Below are positions 35,218 through 44,362 of a stretch of DNA of 64,000 nt, piece by piece. The notes below the pieces were generated by a model that worked only from the letters and a program-made list of their open reading frames with translations, searched no databases and had not been told where the DNA came from. Position 1 is the stretch's first letter. Every line of letters begins with the position of its first letter. A program made the position numbers and the translations under genes. This stretch comes from Candidatus Dormiibacterota bacterium (GTDB lineage: Bacteria > Chloroflexota > Dormibacteria > Aeolococcales > Aeolococcaceae), in contig DASZKZ010000056.1 of NCBI GenBank assembly GCA_035552595.1, positions 207 through 64,206 of the forward strand, in the 5' to 3' direction.

Positions 35218-36798
35218 TCAGTCGTGGGTGGTGCGCAGCGGCATCTCGGGCAGCCGGCTGCCCACAGCCACCGCCAGCACCGCGACCACGAGCCCGAACC
35301 AGAAGGCGGCGTCGAGGCCGGCGCCGAGGCTGTCGTGGAGCAGCCTGCTGGCACCGCTGACCACGCCTCCGGGGAGGTGGTCGAGGGTCGACGCCAGCGC
35401 CGCCTGGCCGCGGCTGGAGAGCAGACCCTGGGTGGCCCCCCGGTCGACGGCGTGGCTCACCGCCGCGCTGGCGGGCAGGCGCGAGGCCAGCTCCGAGGTG
35501 AACCTGCCGATGGTCAGCGTGGTCATCACCGAGATGCCGATGACCTGACCGAGATTGTCGAAGAACTGCCGCGAGGAGTTGGCCGCGCCCAGCATGCTGT
35601 AGGGGAAGGCGCTCTGCACCACCGTCGAAGCCAGCGGGAACACCGTGCCCACGCCCAGCCCCAGCAGGGCCATGGCCCCGTACGCGCTGGCCAGGCTCGA
35701 GGCCGGCGTCAGGGTGACCGCCACCGCCATGCCGGCGACCACGATGACCGGGCCGATGACCGCGTTCCAGTGGTAATGGCCGGTGCGGCTGATGGTCTGC
35801 CCGCTGACCACGTTGCCGACCACGAAGGCGGCCATCAGCGGGAGCAGCTGGAGGCCGGCGTCCTGCGCGGTCTCCCCGCGCACCCCCTGGAGGTAGAGCG
35901 GGAAGAAGGTGAGCAGGCCGAAGAAGACCATGCGGATCAGGAAGCTGAGCCCCACCGCATGGAGGAAGACCGAGTTGCGAAAGAGGTGGGGGGACATCAG
36001 CGGTTCGCGCGTCCTCAGCTGGTGGGCGGCGAAGACGGCGAGCATGACCACGCCGAAGAGCCCGGTGACGATCACCTGCGCGGAGAGCCAGGGCAGGCTG
36101 ACGCCGCCCACCGTCAGGGCGATCAGCGCGCCCAGCAGGCCCAGGCTGAGCAGCGCGATGCCCAGCCAGTCCACCGTCGGCTTGCCGGGACGCCGCACCC
36201 GGGGCAGGACCGCGCCCAGGACGAACAGCGCCAGCACGGCGAGCGGGACCGTCACCAGGAACGTCCAGCGCCAGCCGAACTGGTCGGCGATGACCCCGCC
36301 GACGATCGGCCCCATCATGCTGCCGATCCCGTAGTTGGTCATGATCAGGCCCATCCACTTGGCCCGTTCGCGGGGCGGAAAGATGTCGCCGATGGTGGCC
36401 CCGGTGAGCGCCAGCATGGCGCCGCCACCAGCGCCCGTCACCACCCGCCCCGCGATCAGCTCGGGCATGTTCTGCGCCGCCGCGCAGCCCACCGAGCCGG
36501 CGATGAAGGCCACCAGCCCGATCAGGTAGAAGATGCGCCGCCCCAGCAGGTCGGACAGCTTGCCCACCACCGGCACGCAGATGGTGGCCGCGAGCGTGAA
36601 GCTGGCGAACACCCAGGCGTAGAGGTTGACGCCGTGGAGCTCGTCCACCATGGTCGGCGCGGAGTTGGCCACGATGGTGCTGGCCAGCACCGAGATGAAC
36701 ATCACCAGCATGACCCCGGCCAGAGCCCAGGCGCGCCGGCTGCCGGTGATCTGGTGCGAGAGGAGCGCGGTCGGCGCCGCGCCCGGACTGGGGTTCAC
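35218..36798 (-). CDS. MFS transporter (14-TMS DHA2/EmrB-like)
   Basis: 526 aa, about 14 hydrophobic segments, motif GKLSDLLGRRIFY. Confidence 0.8.
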   Translation of the reverse strand: MNPSPGAAPTALLSHQITGSRRAWALAGVMLVMFISVLASTIVANSAPTMVDELHGVNLYAWVFASFTLAATICVPVVGKLSDLLGRRIFYLIGLVAFIAGSVGCAAAQNMPELIAGRVVTGAGGGAMLALTGATIGDIFPPRERAKWMGLIMTNYGIGSMMGPIVGGVIADQFGWRWTFLVTVPLAVLALFVLGAVLPRVRRPGKPTVDWLGIALLSLGLLGALIALTVGGVSLPWLSAQVIVTGLFGVVMLAVFAAHQLRTREPLMSPHLFRNSVFLHAVGLSFLIRMVFFGLLTFFPLYLQGVRGETAQDAGLQLLPLMAAFVVGNVVSGQTISRTGHYHWNAVIGPVIVVAGMAVAVTLTPASSLASAYGAMALLGLGVGTVFPLASTVVQSAFPYSMLGAANSSRQFFDNLGQVIGISVMTTLTIGRFTSELASRLPASAAVSHAVDRGATQGLLSSRGQAALASTLDHLPGGVVSGASRLLHDSLGAGLDAAFWFGLVVAVLAVAVGSRLPEMPLRTTHD

Positions 36799-37949
36799 GC
36801 GTTCAGGCCACCCCGCTCGACGAGCTGCTGCGCGATGACGTTGCGCTGCAGCTCGTTGGTGCCCTCGCCGACGATCATCAGCGGCGCGTCACGGAAGTAG
36901 CGCTCGATGTCGTACTCCGTCGAGTAGCCGTTGCCGCCGTGGACGCGCAGCGCGTCGAGAGCGATCGACATGGCCGCCTCCGACGCGAAGAGCTTGGCCA
37001 TGCCCGCCTCCAGGTCGCTGCGCTCTCCTGACTGGTAGCGCTCGGCGGCGAACTGGAGCAGCTGGCGCGCGGCGGTCAGCCGCGTGGCCATGTCGGCGAG
37101 CAGGTTGCCGACCGACTGATGCTTCCAGATGGGCTTGCCGAAGGCCTCGCGCTGCTGGGCGTAGGCGAGGGCGTCCTCGAAGGCGGCGCGGCCCACACCC
37201 ACGGCGCGCGCGGCCACCTGGATGCGGCCGATCTCGAGCCCCTTCATCATCTGGGCGAAGCCGCGACCCTCCTCGCCGCCCAGCAGCGTGTCCGCGGGCA
37301 CGCGGAAGTTGTCGAAGGCGAGCTCACAGCTCTCCACCCCCTTGTAGCCGAGCTTGGGGAGATCGCGCGACACGGTCAGGCCGGGGCCGTGCTCGACGAG
37401 CAGGATGCTGATGCCGCGGTGGCGCGGCTGCGCCGCGGGGTCGGTCTTGCACAGCAGCGCGATGAGCTGCGATCGGCGCGCGTTGGTGATCCACGTCTTG
37501 GAGCCGTTGACCACGTACCCCTCGCCGTCGCTGCGGGCGCTGGTGAGCATCGCCTGGAGATCGGAGCCGCCGCCGGGCTCGGTCAGCGCCATGGTGGCGC
37601 GCACCTCGCCGGTGGCCATGCGCGGCAGCCAGCGGCGGCGCTGCTCCTTGGTGCCGAAGCGGGCCAGCAGCATGGCCACCACCGAGTGGCCGCCCATGGC
37701 GCCGGCCAGGCTCATCCAGCCACGCGCCAGCTCCTCGGTGACCAGCGCGTAGCACGGCGCCGACACCGCGCCCTCACCGTAGGGCGCGGGCACCGCCAGT
37801 CCGAAGATGCCGATGCGCTTCATCTGTTCGATGAGCCGCTCCGGATACACGTTGCCGTGCTCCAGCTCGCGAGCCGCGGGGCGCACCTCGCGGTCGACGA
37901 AGTCGCGCACCGTGCGCACCACGGCGAGCTCCTCCGCAGCGAGCGTCAT
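36795..37949 (-). CDS. Acyl-CoA dehydrogenase
   Basis: ..ALTEPGGGSDL..NGSKTWITNA..YAQQREAFGKPI..VHGGNGYSTEYDIERYFRDA..EGTNE. Confidence 0.9.
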   Translation of the reverse strand: MTLAAEELAVVRTVRDFVDREVRPAARELEHGNVYPERLIEQMKRIGIFGLAVPAPYGEGAVSAPCYALVTEELARGWMSLAGAMGGHSVVAMLLARFGTKEQRRRWLPRMATGEVRATMALTEPGGGSDLQAMLTSARSDGEGYVVNGSKTWITNARRSQLIALLCKTDPAAQPRHRGISILLVEHGPGLTVSRDLPKLGYKGVESCELAFDNFRVPADTLLGGEEGRGFAQMMKGLEIGRIQVAARAVGVGRAAFEDALAYAQQREAFGKPIWKHQSVGNLLADMATRLTAARQLLQFAAERYQSGERSDLEAGMAKLFASEAAMSIALDALRVHGGNGYSTEYDIERYFRDAPLMIVGEGTNELQRNVIAQQLVERGGLNA

Positions 37950-39106
37950 GCCACGGATCCGGCATCGGCGAGACCGAGCTCGCGAAGGATGCTCTCGGTG
38001 TGCTCGCCCAGCGCCGGCACCGGGTCCATGCGCGCCTCCCTGCCCCGCGGCGTGGCCGGGGGCAGGAGGGCGTCGACGGGACCGCCTGGTGTCTGCACCT
38101 CGCGCCAGCGGTCGCGCTCGCGGAGCACGGGGTGATCGAGGAATTGCGCCACCGAGTTGACCCGTGCGCTGGCCAGCCCGGCGGAGTCGAGAAGCTCGAG
38201 CACCTCGGGCGTGGTCAGTGCGGCGAAGCGGCGGGCGATGATGTCGCTGAGCTCCGCCCGGTTGGCCACCCTGGCGGGGTTGGTGAGGAACCGCTCGTCG
38301 CCGGCCAGCGACGGGTCACCGAGCACGCGTGTGCAGAACGCCGTCCACTCCACCTGGGTCTGAACGGCGATGACCACCGTGCCGCCGTCACCGACCGGCA
38401 CCGGACCGTAGGGTGCGATGGTCGCGTGCTGCGCGCCGCTCCGCTCGGGCTGGCGTCCGCTGTAGCGCGTGTAGTAGGCGGGGGCGCCCATCCACTCGGC
38501 GAGGGCCTCGAACAGGGACACCTCGACGTGCGCACCCTCTCCGTGGCGGGCGCGCTCGTAGAGAGCGGTGAGGATGCCGGTGAAGGCGTACATGCCGGCG
38601 GCGATGTCCGCCACCGAGATGCCCACCTTGGCGACTCCCTGGGGCGAGCCGGTGAGCGCCACCAGCGCCGTCTCGCACTGCACCAGCAGGTCGTACGCCT
38701 TGCGCTGCGCCCAGGGTCCGTCGCCGCCGTACCCGGAGATGTCGCAGACGATCAGCCGCGGGAACCGCCGGCGCAGGCTGGCCGCGTCCAGCCCCAGCCG
38801 GGCGGTGGCCCCGGGACCGAGGTTCTGCACCAGCACGTCGAGGCGGGGAAGCAGGCGTTCGATGACGTCGCGCCCCCGGGGCGACTTCAGGTCCAGGGCC
38901 AGGGACTCCTTGGATCGGTTCAGCCAGACGAAGTATCCCGACTGTCCCAGCACCGACGATTCGTAGCCGCGGGCGAAGTCTCCGCCCTCGGGGCGCTCCA
39001 CCTTGATCACCCGCGCTCCCAGGTCGGCGAGCTGGCGGGTGGCGAACGGCGCGGCCACGGCCTGCTCGAGGCCGAGCACGGTCAGTCCCTCCAGGGGCAG
39101 GGTCAC
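37946..39106 (-). CDS. Family III CoA-transferase, paralog 3
   Basis: LEGLTVLGLEQAVAAPFATRQLADLGARVIKVERP..NLGPGATARLGL. Confidence 0.85.
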   Translation of the reverse strand: MTLPLEGLTVLGLEQAVAAPFATRQLADLGARVIKVERPEGGDFARGYESSVLGQSGYFVWLNRSKESLALDLKSPRGRDVIERLLPRLDVLVQNLGPGATARLGLDAASLRRRFPRLIVCDISGYGGDGPWAQRKAYDLLVQCETALVALTGSPQGVAKVGISVADIAAGMYAFTGILTALYERARHGEGAHVEVSLFEALAEWMGAPAYYTRYSGRQPERSGAQHATIAPYGPVPVGDGGTVVIAVQTQVEWTAFCTRVLGDPSLAGDERFLTNPARVANRAELSDIIARRFAALTTPEVLELLDSAGLASARVNSVAQFLDHPVLRERDRWREVQTPGGPVDALLPPATPRGREARMDPVPALGEHTESILRELGLADAGSVA

Positions 39107-40326
39107 GAGGCGGCCGCCGAGGACGGCAGCTGGCGGCGGAGCAGCGCCGCCGCCGCTCCCCAGGAGAGTCCCTCGAGCAGGCCGGGCACGTCCTCGCCGC
39201 AGGCAGCCAGCTTGGCCTGGAGCTGGTCGGGAGTGGGCGGCTGCGACGGTGATCCGGGCGGCAGCGCCAGGCGCGCTGCCCGGACGGTGCCGTCGCGCAG
39301 CCGCACCTCCACCTCCAGCTCACCGTCGAGCAGACCCGCTCCGCCCGGAGAGGTGATCACCTCCACCGTTTCGACGAGCTCCCGGGCCGAGGGGCGCCGC
39401 ACCGCCGCATCCTCGAAGCTGGCGAAGCCGGGGTAGCCGTCGAGAAGCGTCGCCGCCAGCGCGTACTCGAGGCTGAACTTGCCCTCCAGCCCGGTCGAGG
39501 GCCGGTGATGGATCAGAGGCTGCACGGTCCCCTCCGGGGTGCGCACCACCACGCCCGCCACCTCGCCGGGATCCGCGGTGATGCCCTGCATGGCCGCGAT
39601 CGGCCGCTGCAGCGCGTAGCAGCAGGGGTAGAGCTTGATGGCGAGGCCGCCGGGGACCGCCGGGCCGGCCGCCGCGACCTGCGCCGCTGTCCCACCCACC
39701 AGCGCCAGCCAGTCGTCGAGCGCTGCCGGGTCCGCGCCCGCGCCGGCGGCGGCGAGGCGGGCGGCGCGCAGCCCGGCAGCGGCGGCGAAGCCCACCTGGA
39801 GTGGTTTGGCGGTGGTACCGAAGGCGCGCTGCACACCTCCCGCCGCAGGGACGGCGAGGGCCATGGCGCGGGCCGTCACCTCGGGGTCCAGCCCCATGGC
39901 CACGCATGCGGCCACCGCCGCCGCGGGTGCGCCAGCCGTGCAGGTGGCGTGCCAGCCGCGGGCGTAGTGGCTCCAGCCCAGAGCGCTGCCGAGCCGGGCC
40001 ATGACCCCGGCGCCGGCCAGGTAGGCGCGCGCGTCGCCACCGGCGGCGAGCGTGGCCGCCACGCAGACCACGCTGATGTGCGCCGTCGACTCCATGTGGA
40101 GGTCGTCGAAGTCGAGCACGTGGCCCATCGCCGCCCAGTTGGCGGCCTCGGGCAGAAGGGCGGCGATGGGTCGCAGCGGGTGGGCGCGCGCCGCCAGCGC
40201 CACCGCCACGGTGTCGAGCAGGGAGCGCTCGGCGAGGACGAGGTCGGCGGCGTCGGGGTCCAACGCGGTGGCCCAGGAGGCAAGCTGACCGGCCAGCGTT
40301 GCCGGCCTGACCGCCGCGGCGGTCAC
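39103..40326 (-). CDS. MmgE/PrpD-family protein, paralog 5 (short, 407 aa)
   Basis: ..LLDTVAVALAA..HVLDFDDLHMESTAHISVV..ARGWHATCTAGAPA.. Confidence 0.75.
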   Translation of the reverse strand: MTAAAVRPATLAGQLASWATALDPDAADLVLAERSLLDTVAVALAARAHPLRPIAALLPEAANWAAMGHVLDFDDLHMESTAHISVVCVAATLAAGGDARAYLAGAGVMARLGSALGWSHYARGWHATCTAGAPAAAVAACVAMGLDPEVTARAMALAVPAAGGVQRAFGTTAKPLQVGFAAAAGLRAARLAAAGAGADPAALDDWLALVGGTAAQVAAAGPAVPGGLAIKLYPCCYALQRPIAAMQGITADPGEVAGVVVRTPEGTVQPLIHHRPSTGLEGKFSLEYALAATLLDGYPGFASFEDAAVRRPSARELVETVEVITSPGGAGLLDGELEVEVRLRDGTVRAARLALPPGSPSQPPTPDQLQAKLAACGEDVPGLLEGLSWGAAAALLRRQLPSSAAAS

Positions 40327-41951
40327 CGCGCCCCCCGGATGGCGTCGAGGATCTGCGGGTAGGACGAGGGGTCGACACGCACGTCGACCAGCAGGGGCCC
40401 GCTCGCGCCCATCGATCGCTGGACGGCGGCGGTGACCTCGGCGCCGCCAGCCGCGTGAACCGCCTCCATGCCGAAGCCGGCGGCGATGGCCGCGAAGTCG
40501 CTGTCGCGGTAGCGCACCGCCCCGGCGCCGCCGTGCCCCTGGGGGCGCTGCTTGATGGCGATCAGGCTCAGGGTGCTGTCGTTGAAGACCACCACCGTGA
40601 TCGGCAGTCGCAGGCGGACCGCGGTCTCCAGCTCGGCGAGCTGCATCTCCAGGCCGCCGTCGCCGGTCAGGCAGACGGTGCGCCGGCCGGGCGCCGCCAG
40701 CGCCGAGGCGATCGCCGCCGGCAGAGCGAACCCCATGGTGGCCAGGCCGCTGGAGACGAGCAGCTCGCCGGGCGCCTCGGCGTCCCAGAGCGGCATCGCC
40801 ACCAGCATGTGGGCGCCGGCGTCGACGGTGGCGGGGCTCCCGGGGGGAGCGCCCCGGCGAGCGCCCTCCACCACCTCGTACGGGCTCGCCCCGCCGCTCG
40901 GGGACTCCGCGCCGGCCCTCTCCAGCCGGGCGGCGACCTCGAGCCGGGCCATCCGCCCGCTCTCCTCCGGCCAGTCCTCGCGGAGATGGGCGGCGAGCTC
41001 ACCGAGCCGCGCGCCCGTCTCCCCGACCAGCTCGCAGGCGGGCTCGAAGTAGGGGTGATCCTCGGGCCACTCGCCGAGGGACAGCACCGCCGCGGGGTAC
41101 GGCCAGGGGTTGGGGATGAGCTCGACGGCGTCGACGCCGACCGCCACGATGAGATCGGCGGCGCGCAGGACCCCGGCCTCCGCGGTGGCGCCGGTCAGCA
41201 ACCCGGCCGCGTTGGGCCACGAGTCGGGCACCACCCCCTTGGCCTTGTAGGTCATCAGCACGGGCACCTGGGTGCCGCGCACCAGGGCGCGCAGCGCAGC
41301 CTCGAAGGGGCGGGCGCCGACGCCGGCGAGGAGCACCGGGCGGTGGGCGCGGGCCAGCAACGCCGCCGCCGCCGCCATGTCGCCGCTGCTCGGCAGGGGC
41401 GCGGGCGGCGCGGGCGCCGGGCCGCTCGCGCCGGGGTCGAAATCGAGATGGACGGGGCCGGGACGGGGCTGCCGGGCCACCGCGAGGGCGGTCCGCACCG
41501 TCTCCTCGGGGCAGTCCCCGCCCAGCACCGCGCTCCACTTGGTGACCCCGCCGAGCAGCGCCGGCTGGTCGAGCTGCTGATGCGAGATGCGCACGCGGTC
41601 GGCCGCGCCCACTGTGTCGGTCACCACCAGCAGCGGCTGGCGGTCGAGCAGGGCATGGGCCACGCCGTTGACCACGCTGGCGGCCCCCGGGCCGCGCGTC
41701 ACCACGCAGGCGCTGGGCACCCCGGTCAGCTCCGCGTATGTCGCCGCCATGATCGCCGCGGCGCCCTCGCCGTGGGCGAGCACGAAGCGCAGTCCCGCCG
41801 CCTCGGCCGCGCCCACCAGCTCCAGGTTGTTGCCGCCCCCGGGCACCCCGAAGACGGTGCCCGAGCCCGCCTCGGCCAGGCCGGCTGCGACGGCGCGGGC
41901 CAGCTCCGCGGCGGTGCCAGCGGTGCGCAGCGACGCCCGCGGCGCGCTCAC
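40323..41951 (-). CDS. Thiamine-diphosphate-dependent enzyme (acetolactate synthase / oxalyl-CoA decarboxylase / 2-hydroxyacyl-CoA lyase superfamily)
   Basis: ..VFGVPGGGN..VTRGPGAASVVNGVAHA.. and the C-terminal TPP motif CLTGDGGLEM..VVFNDS. Confidence 0.85.
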   Translation of the reverse strand: MSAPRASLRTAGTAAELARAVAAGLAEAGSGTVFGVPGGGNNLELVGAAEAAGLRFVLAHGEGAAAIMAATYAELTGVPSACVVTRGPGAASVVNGVAHALLDRQPLLVVTDTVGAADRVRISHQQLDQPALLGGVTKWSAVLGGDCPEETVRTALAVARQPRPGPVHLDFDPGASGPAPAPPAPLPSSGDMAAAAALLARAHRPVLLAGVGARPFEAALRALVRGTQVPVLMTYKAKGVVPDSWPNAAGLLTGATAEAGVLRAADLIVAVGVDAVELIPNPWPYPAAVLSLGEWPEDHPYFEPACELVGETGARLGELAAHLREDWPEESGRMARLEVAARLERAGAESPSGGASPYEVVEGARRGAPPGSPATVDAGAHMLVAMPLWDAEAPGELLVSSGLATMGFALPAAIASALAAPGRRTVCLTGDGGLEMQLAELETAVRLRLPITVVVFNDSTLSLIAIKQRPQGHGGAGAVRYRDSDFAAIAAGFGMEAVHAAGGAEVTAAVQRSMGASGPLLVDVRVDPSSYPQILDAIRGAR

Positions 41952-42697
41952 GACCCGCTCCGGTGGAGGCGGACGCGGTAGGAGTAGTGCTCGGGCAGGA
42001 AGTTGCTGATGCCCAGCTCCACCGCGCTGCCGTGGGTGTCGAAGTAGAGCCGGTCCACCCGCAGCGTGGGCGCGCCCACCTCGCAGCCGAGCTGCCTCGC
42101 CACCGACGGTGGCGCCGCCGCGACCGTGATGCTCTGGTCCGCCTCGGCGATGGGATGCTCGATGCGGGTGTCGAGCAGGCCGATCACCGTGGCCGAGCTG
42201 ATCAGCCCGGCCTGGCTCAGCTCCGGGGCGGCCGAGAGCCGGCCGGCGAGGGCGGGCGGCAGGTACACCGTGGTCATGCAGAAGGGGGTGCCGCGATGGA
42301 GGCGCCGGAAGCTGAGGGTGTGGACCACGTCGGTGGCCAGGCGGAGCCGTCCCGCCGCGTCGACGTCGACGGCCCGGCGCAGGGGGGTGACGATCTGCAT
42401 CTCGGTGTCGATGGAGAGCCCCATGAGGTCGTCGACGGAGCCGAACTGGCGGAGGTAGGTGCCCTGGGGGGCGCGCGCGAACGTGCCCCGGCCGGGGATC
42501 CGCTCCACCATCCCCTCGCTGACCAGGTCCTGGAAGGCGCGCCGCACAGTCTGGCGGCTGACCTGGTGGAGCACGGCCAGCTCGGCTTCGGTGGGCAGCT
42601 GGCGACCTCCCGCATAGCGGTTGCGGAGGATGTCGCCGCGCAGCTCACGGGCGAGCACCCGGTAGGCCGCCTCGCCGGCGCGGGCCGCGACCGTCAT
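41948..42697 (-). CDS. GntR-family transcriptional regulator (HutC subfamily, UTRA effector domain)
   Basis: LPTEAELAVLHQVSRQTVRRAFQDLVSEGMVERIPGRGTFA. ATG 42697 forms an ATGA overlap with the aldehyde dehydrogenase stop. Confidence 0.85.
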   Translation of the reverse strand: MTVAARAGEAAYRVLARELRGDILRNRYAGGRQLPTEAELAVLHQVSRQTVRRAFQDLVSEGMVERIPGRGTFARAPQGTYLRQFGSVDDLMGLSIDTEMQIVTPLRRAVDVDAAGRLRLATDVVHTLSFRRLHRGTPFCMTTVYLPPALAGRLSAAPELSQAGLISSATVIGLLDTRIEHPIAEADQSITVAAAPPSVARQLGCEVGAPTLRVDRLYFDTHGSAVELGISNFLPEHYSYRVRLHRSGS

Positions 42698-44145
42698 CGG
42701 AGGGCGACGCACACGTTCTTGACCTGGGTGTACTGGAGCGCTCCCTCGACCCCCTTGAGCCGTCCGAAGCCGCTCCTCCGGTAGCCGCCGAAGGGCAGCT
42801 CCACGCCACCACCGACCCCGTAGTTGTTGACGAACACCTGCCCGGCGGAGACGGCTGCGGCGACGCGGTGGGCGCGGCTCACGTCGCCGGTCCAGATTCC
42901 CGCCACCAGGCCGTACTCGCTGCCGTTGACGATCGCCACCGCCCCGTTCTCACCGGCGAAGGGGAGCACGGTGAGCACCGGCCCGAAGATCTCCTCGCGC
43001 ACCGCCGTCGCCGCGGTGCCCGCCGCACGGAGCAGCGTGGGGGTGACGAAGAACCCGGACGCCTCGGTCGTGGGGGTGCCGCCGGCCAGCACCTCGGCGC
43101 CCTCCTCGCCGGCCGCCTCGATCGCCGCCAGGATGCGGTCGCGCTGCTGCGCTGTGATCACCGGCCCGACGTCGGGGTCACCGGCCGCGGGGCCGACGCG
43201 GAGCGCGGCGACCAGCGTGGCCAGGCGCTCCATCAGGGGAGCGGCCACCGCCTCCTCGACGAGGATCAGGGTGCCCGCCGAGCAGGCCTGCCCGGCGGTG
43301 CGCAGCGCCGAGCTGACGATGGTGGACGCGGCCGCATCCAGGTCGGCGTCGGCGAACACCAGCTGGGGGGACTTGCCGCCGAGCTCGAGGATCACCGGGA
43401 CCACCCGCGCGGCGGCGGCGGCCATGATCCGCCGGCCGGTGCCCAGCGAGCCGGTGAAGGTGATGTGGTCGATGAGGCGGTGGCCAACCAGCCGCTGCCC
43501 GGCGGCGCCCGTGCCGGTGACGGCGTTGACCACCCCGGGCGGGGCGCCGGCCAGCGCGCAGCGCCGCGCCATCTCCAGAGGTGCCAGGGGCGCCTGCTCG
43601 GCGGGCTTGAGCACCACCACGTTGCCGGCGATCAGCGCCGGCGCGAGGCTGCGCGCGGCCATCTGCATGGGCACGTTGAAGGGCAGCACCGCGGCGCACA
43701 CACCCCAGGGCTCGCGCACCGTGTAGTCGATGAAACCGGGACCGAGCGGGATGGTGTCGCCCTGGAGCTTGTCGGCGAGCCCTGCGTAGTACTCGAAGTA
43801 CCGGGCCGCGGTCTCCACATCACGGCGGGCCATGCTCACCGGCAGGCCGGCGTCGCGCACCACCAGGTCGGCGAGCGATTCGACATCGTCGAGAAGGGCG
43901 GCGGCGACGCGCGAGCAGAGCCGGCCGCGGTCGAGCGGTGTCCAGCCCGCCCACTCCCCCATCCGCGCGGCGGCGGCGGCCTCGACGGCCGCGTCCACGT
44001 CCGGCGGGCCCGCGGCGGGGAACTCCACCAGGCGACGGCCGCTCGAGGGGTCGAGCACCTCGAGGGGCTCGCCGGTCCCGTCACGGGCGGCGTTGCCCAC
44101 CCAGACCGCGGTGGCCGGGTCGGCGCTCAGCGCTGCCATGGCCAC
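42694..44145 (-). CDS. NAD(P)-dependent aldehyde dehydrogenase
   Basis: ..VVLKPAEQAPL..FTGSLGTG..LELGGKSP..GQACSAGT..EEIFGPV.. Confidence 0.9.
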   Translation of the reverse strand: MAMAALSADPATAVWVGNAARDGTGEPLEVLDPSSGRRLVEFPAAGPPDVDAAVEAAAAARMGEWAGWTPLDRGRLCSRVAAALLDDVESLADLVVRDAGLPVSMARRDVETAARYFEYYAGLADKLQGDTIPLGPGFIDYTVREPWGVCAAVLPFNVPMQMAARSLAPALIAGNVVVLKPAEQAPLAPLEMARRCALAGAPPGVVNAVTGTGAAGQRLVGHRLIDHITFTGSLGTGRRIMAAAAARVVPVILELGGKSPQLVFADADLDAAASTIVSSALRTAGQACSAGTLILVEEAVAAPLMERLATLVAALRVGPAAGDPDVGPVITAQQRDRILAAIEAAGEEGAEVLAGGTPTTEASGFFVTPTLLRAAGTAATAVREEIFGPVLTVLPFAGENGAVAIVNGSEYGLVAGIWTGDVSRAHRVAAAVSAGQVFVNNYGVGGGVELPFGGYRRSGFGRLKGVEGALQYTQVKNVCVALR

Positions 44146-44255
44146 CTCCGTGCGGGTCCGTCCGGGGCGCCCCCGCCACCCGCGGGCTGGGCCACCGCCA
44201 CCAAATGTACGGCCATATTAGGCGTCCTCTCCGATCGTCCAGTCAAGCCGCCTTT

Positions 44256-44265
44256 CCGTATACCG
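44256..44265. promoter_or_regulatory. Candidate HutC/GntR operator (CCGTATACCG, GTATAC core)
   Basis: A near-palindrome in the 217-nt divergent region upstream of the ALDH-GntR(HutC) operon. HutC-type operators commonly have a GT-N-TA-N-AC core. Confidence 0.3.
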
Positions 44266-44362
44266 TGGTGGGATCGTACGCCGCGGTTGACATGCCTCGA
44301 GAGGGGCAGGCAGACTTCGCCGAGCCGTATTGGCCGTATCAATGGACAGATGGAGGGCCACG

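Noticed and set aside
35224-36900. 558-aa plus-strand ORF
   Set aside because: It lies antisense to the 14-TMS MFS transporter. The translation is charged and Arg/His-rich, with no recognisable domain.
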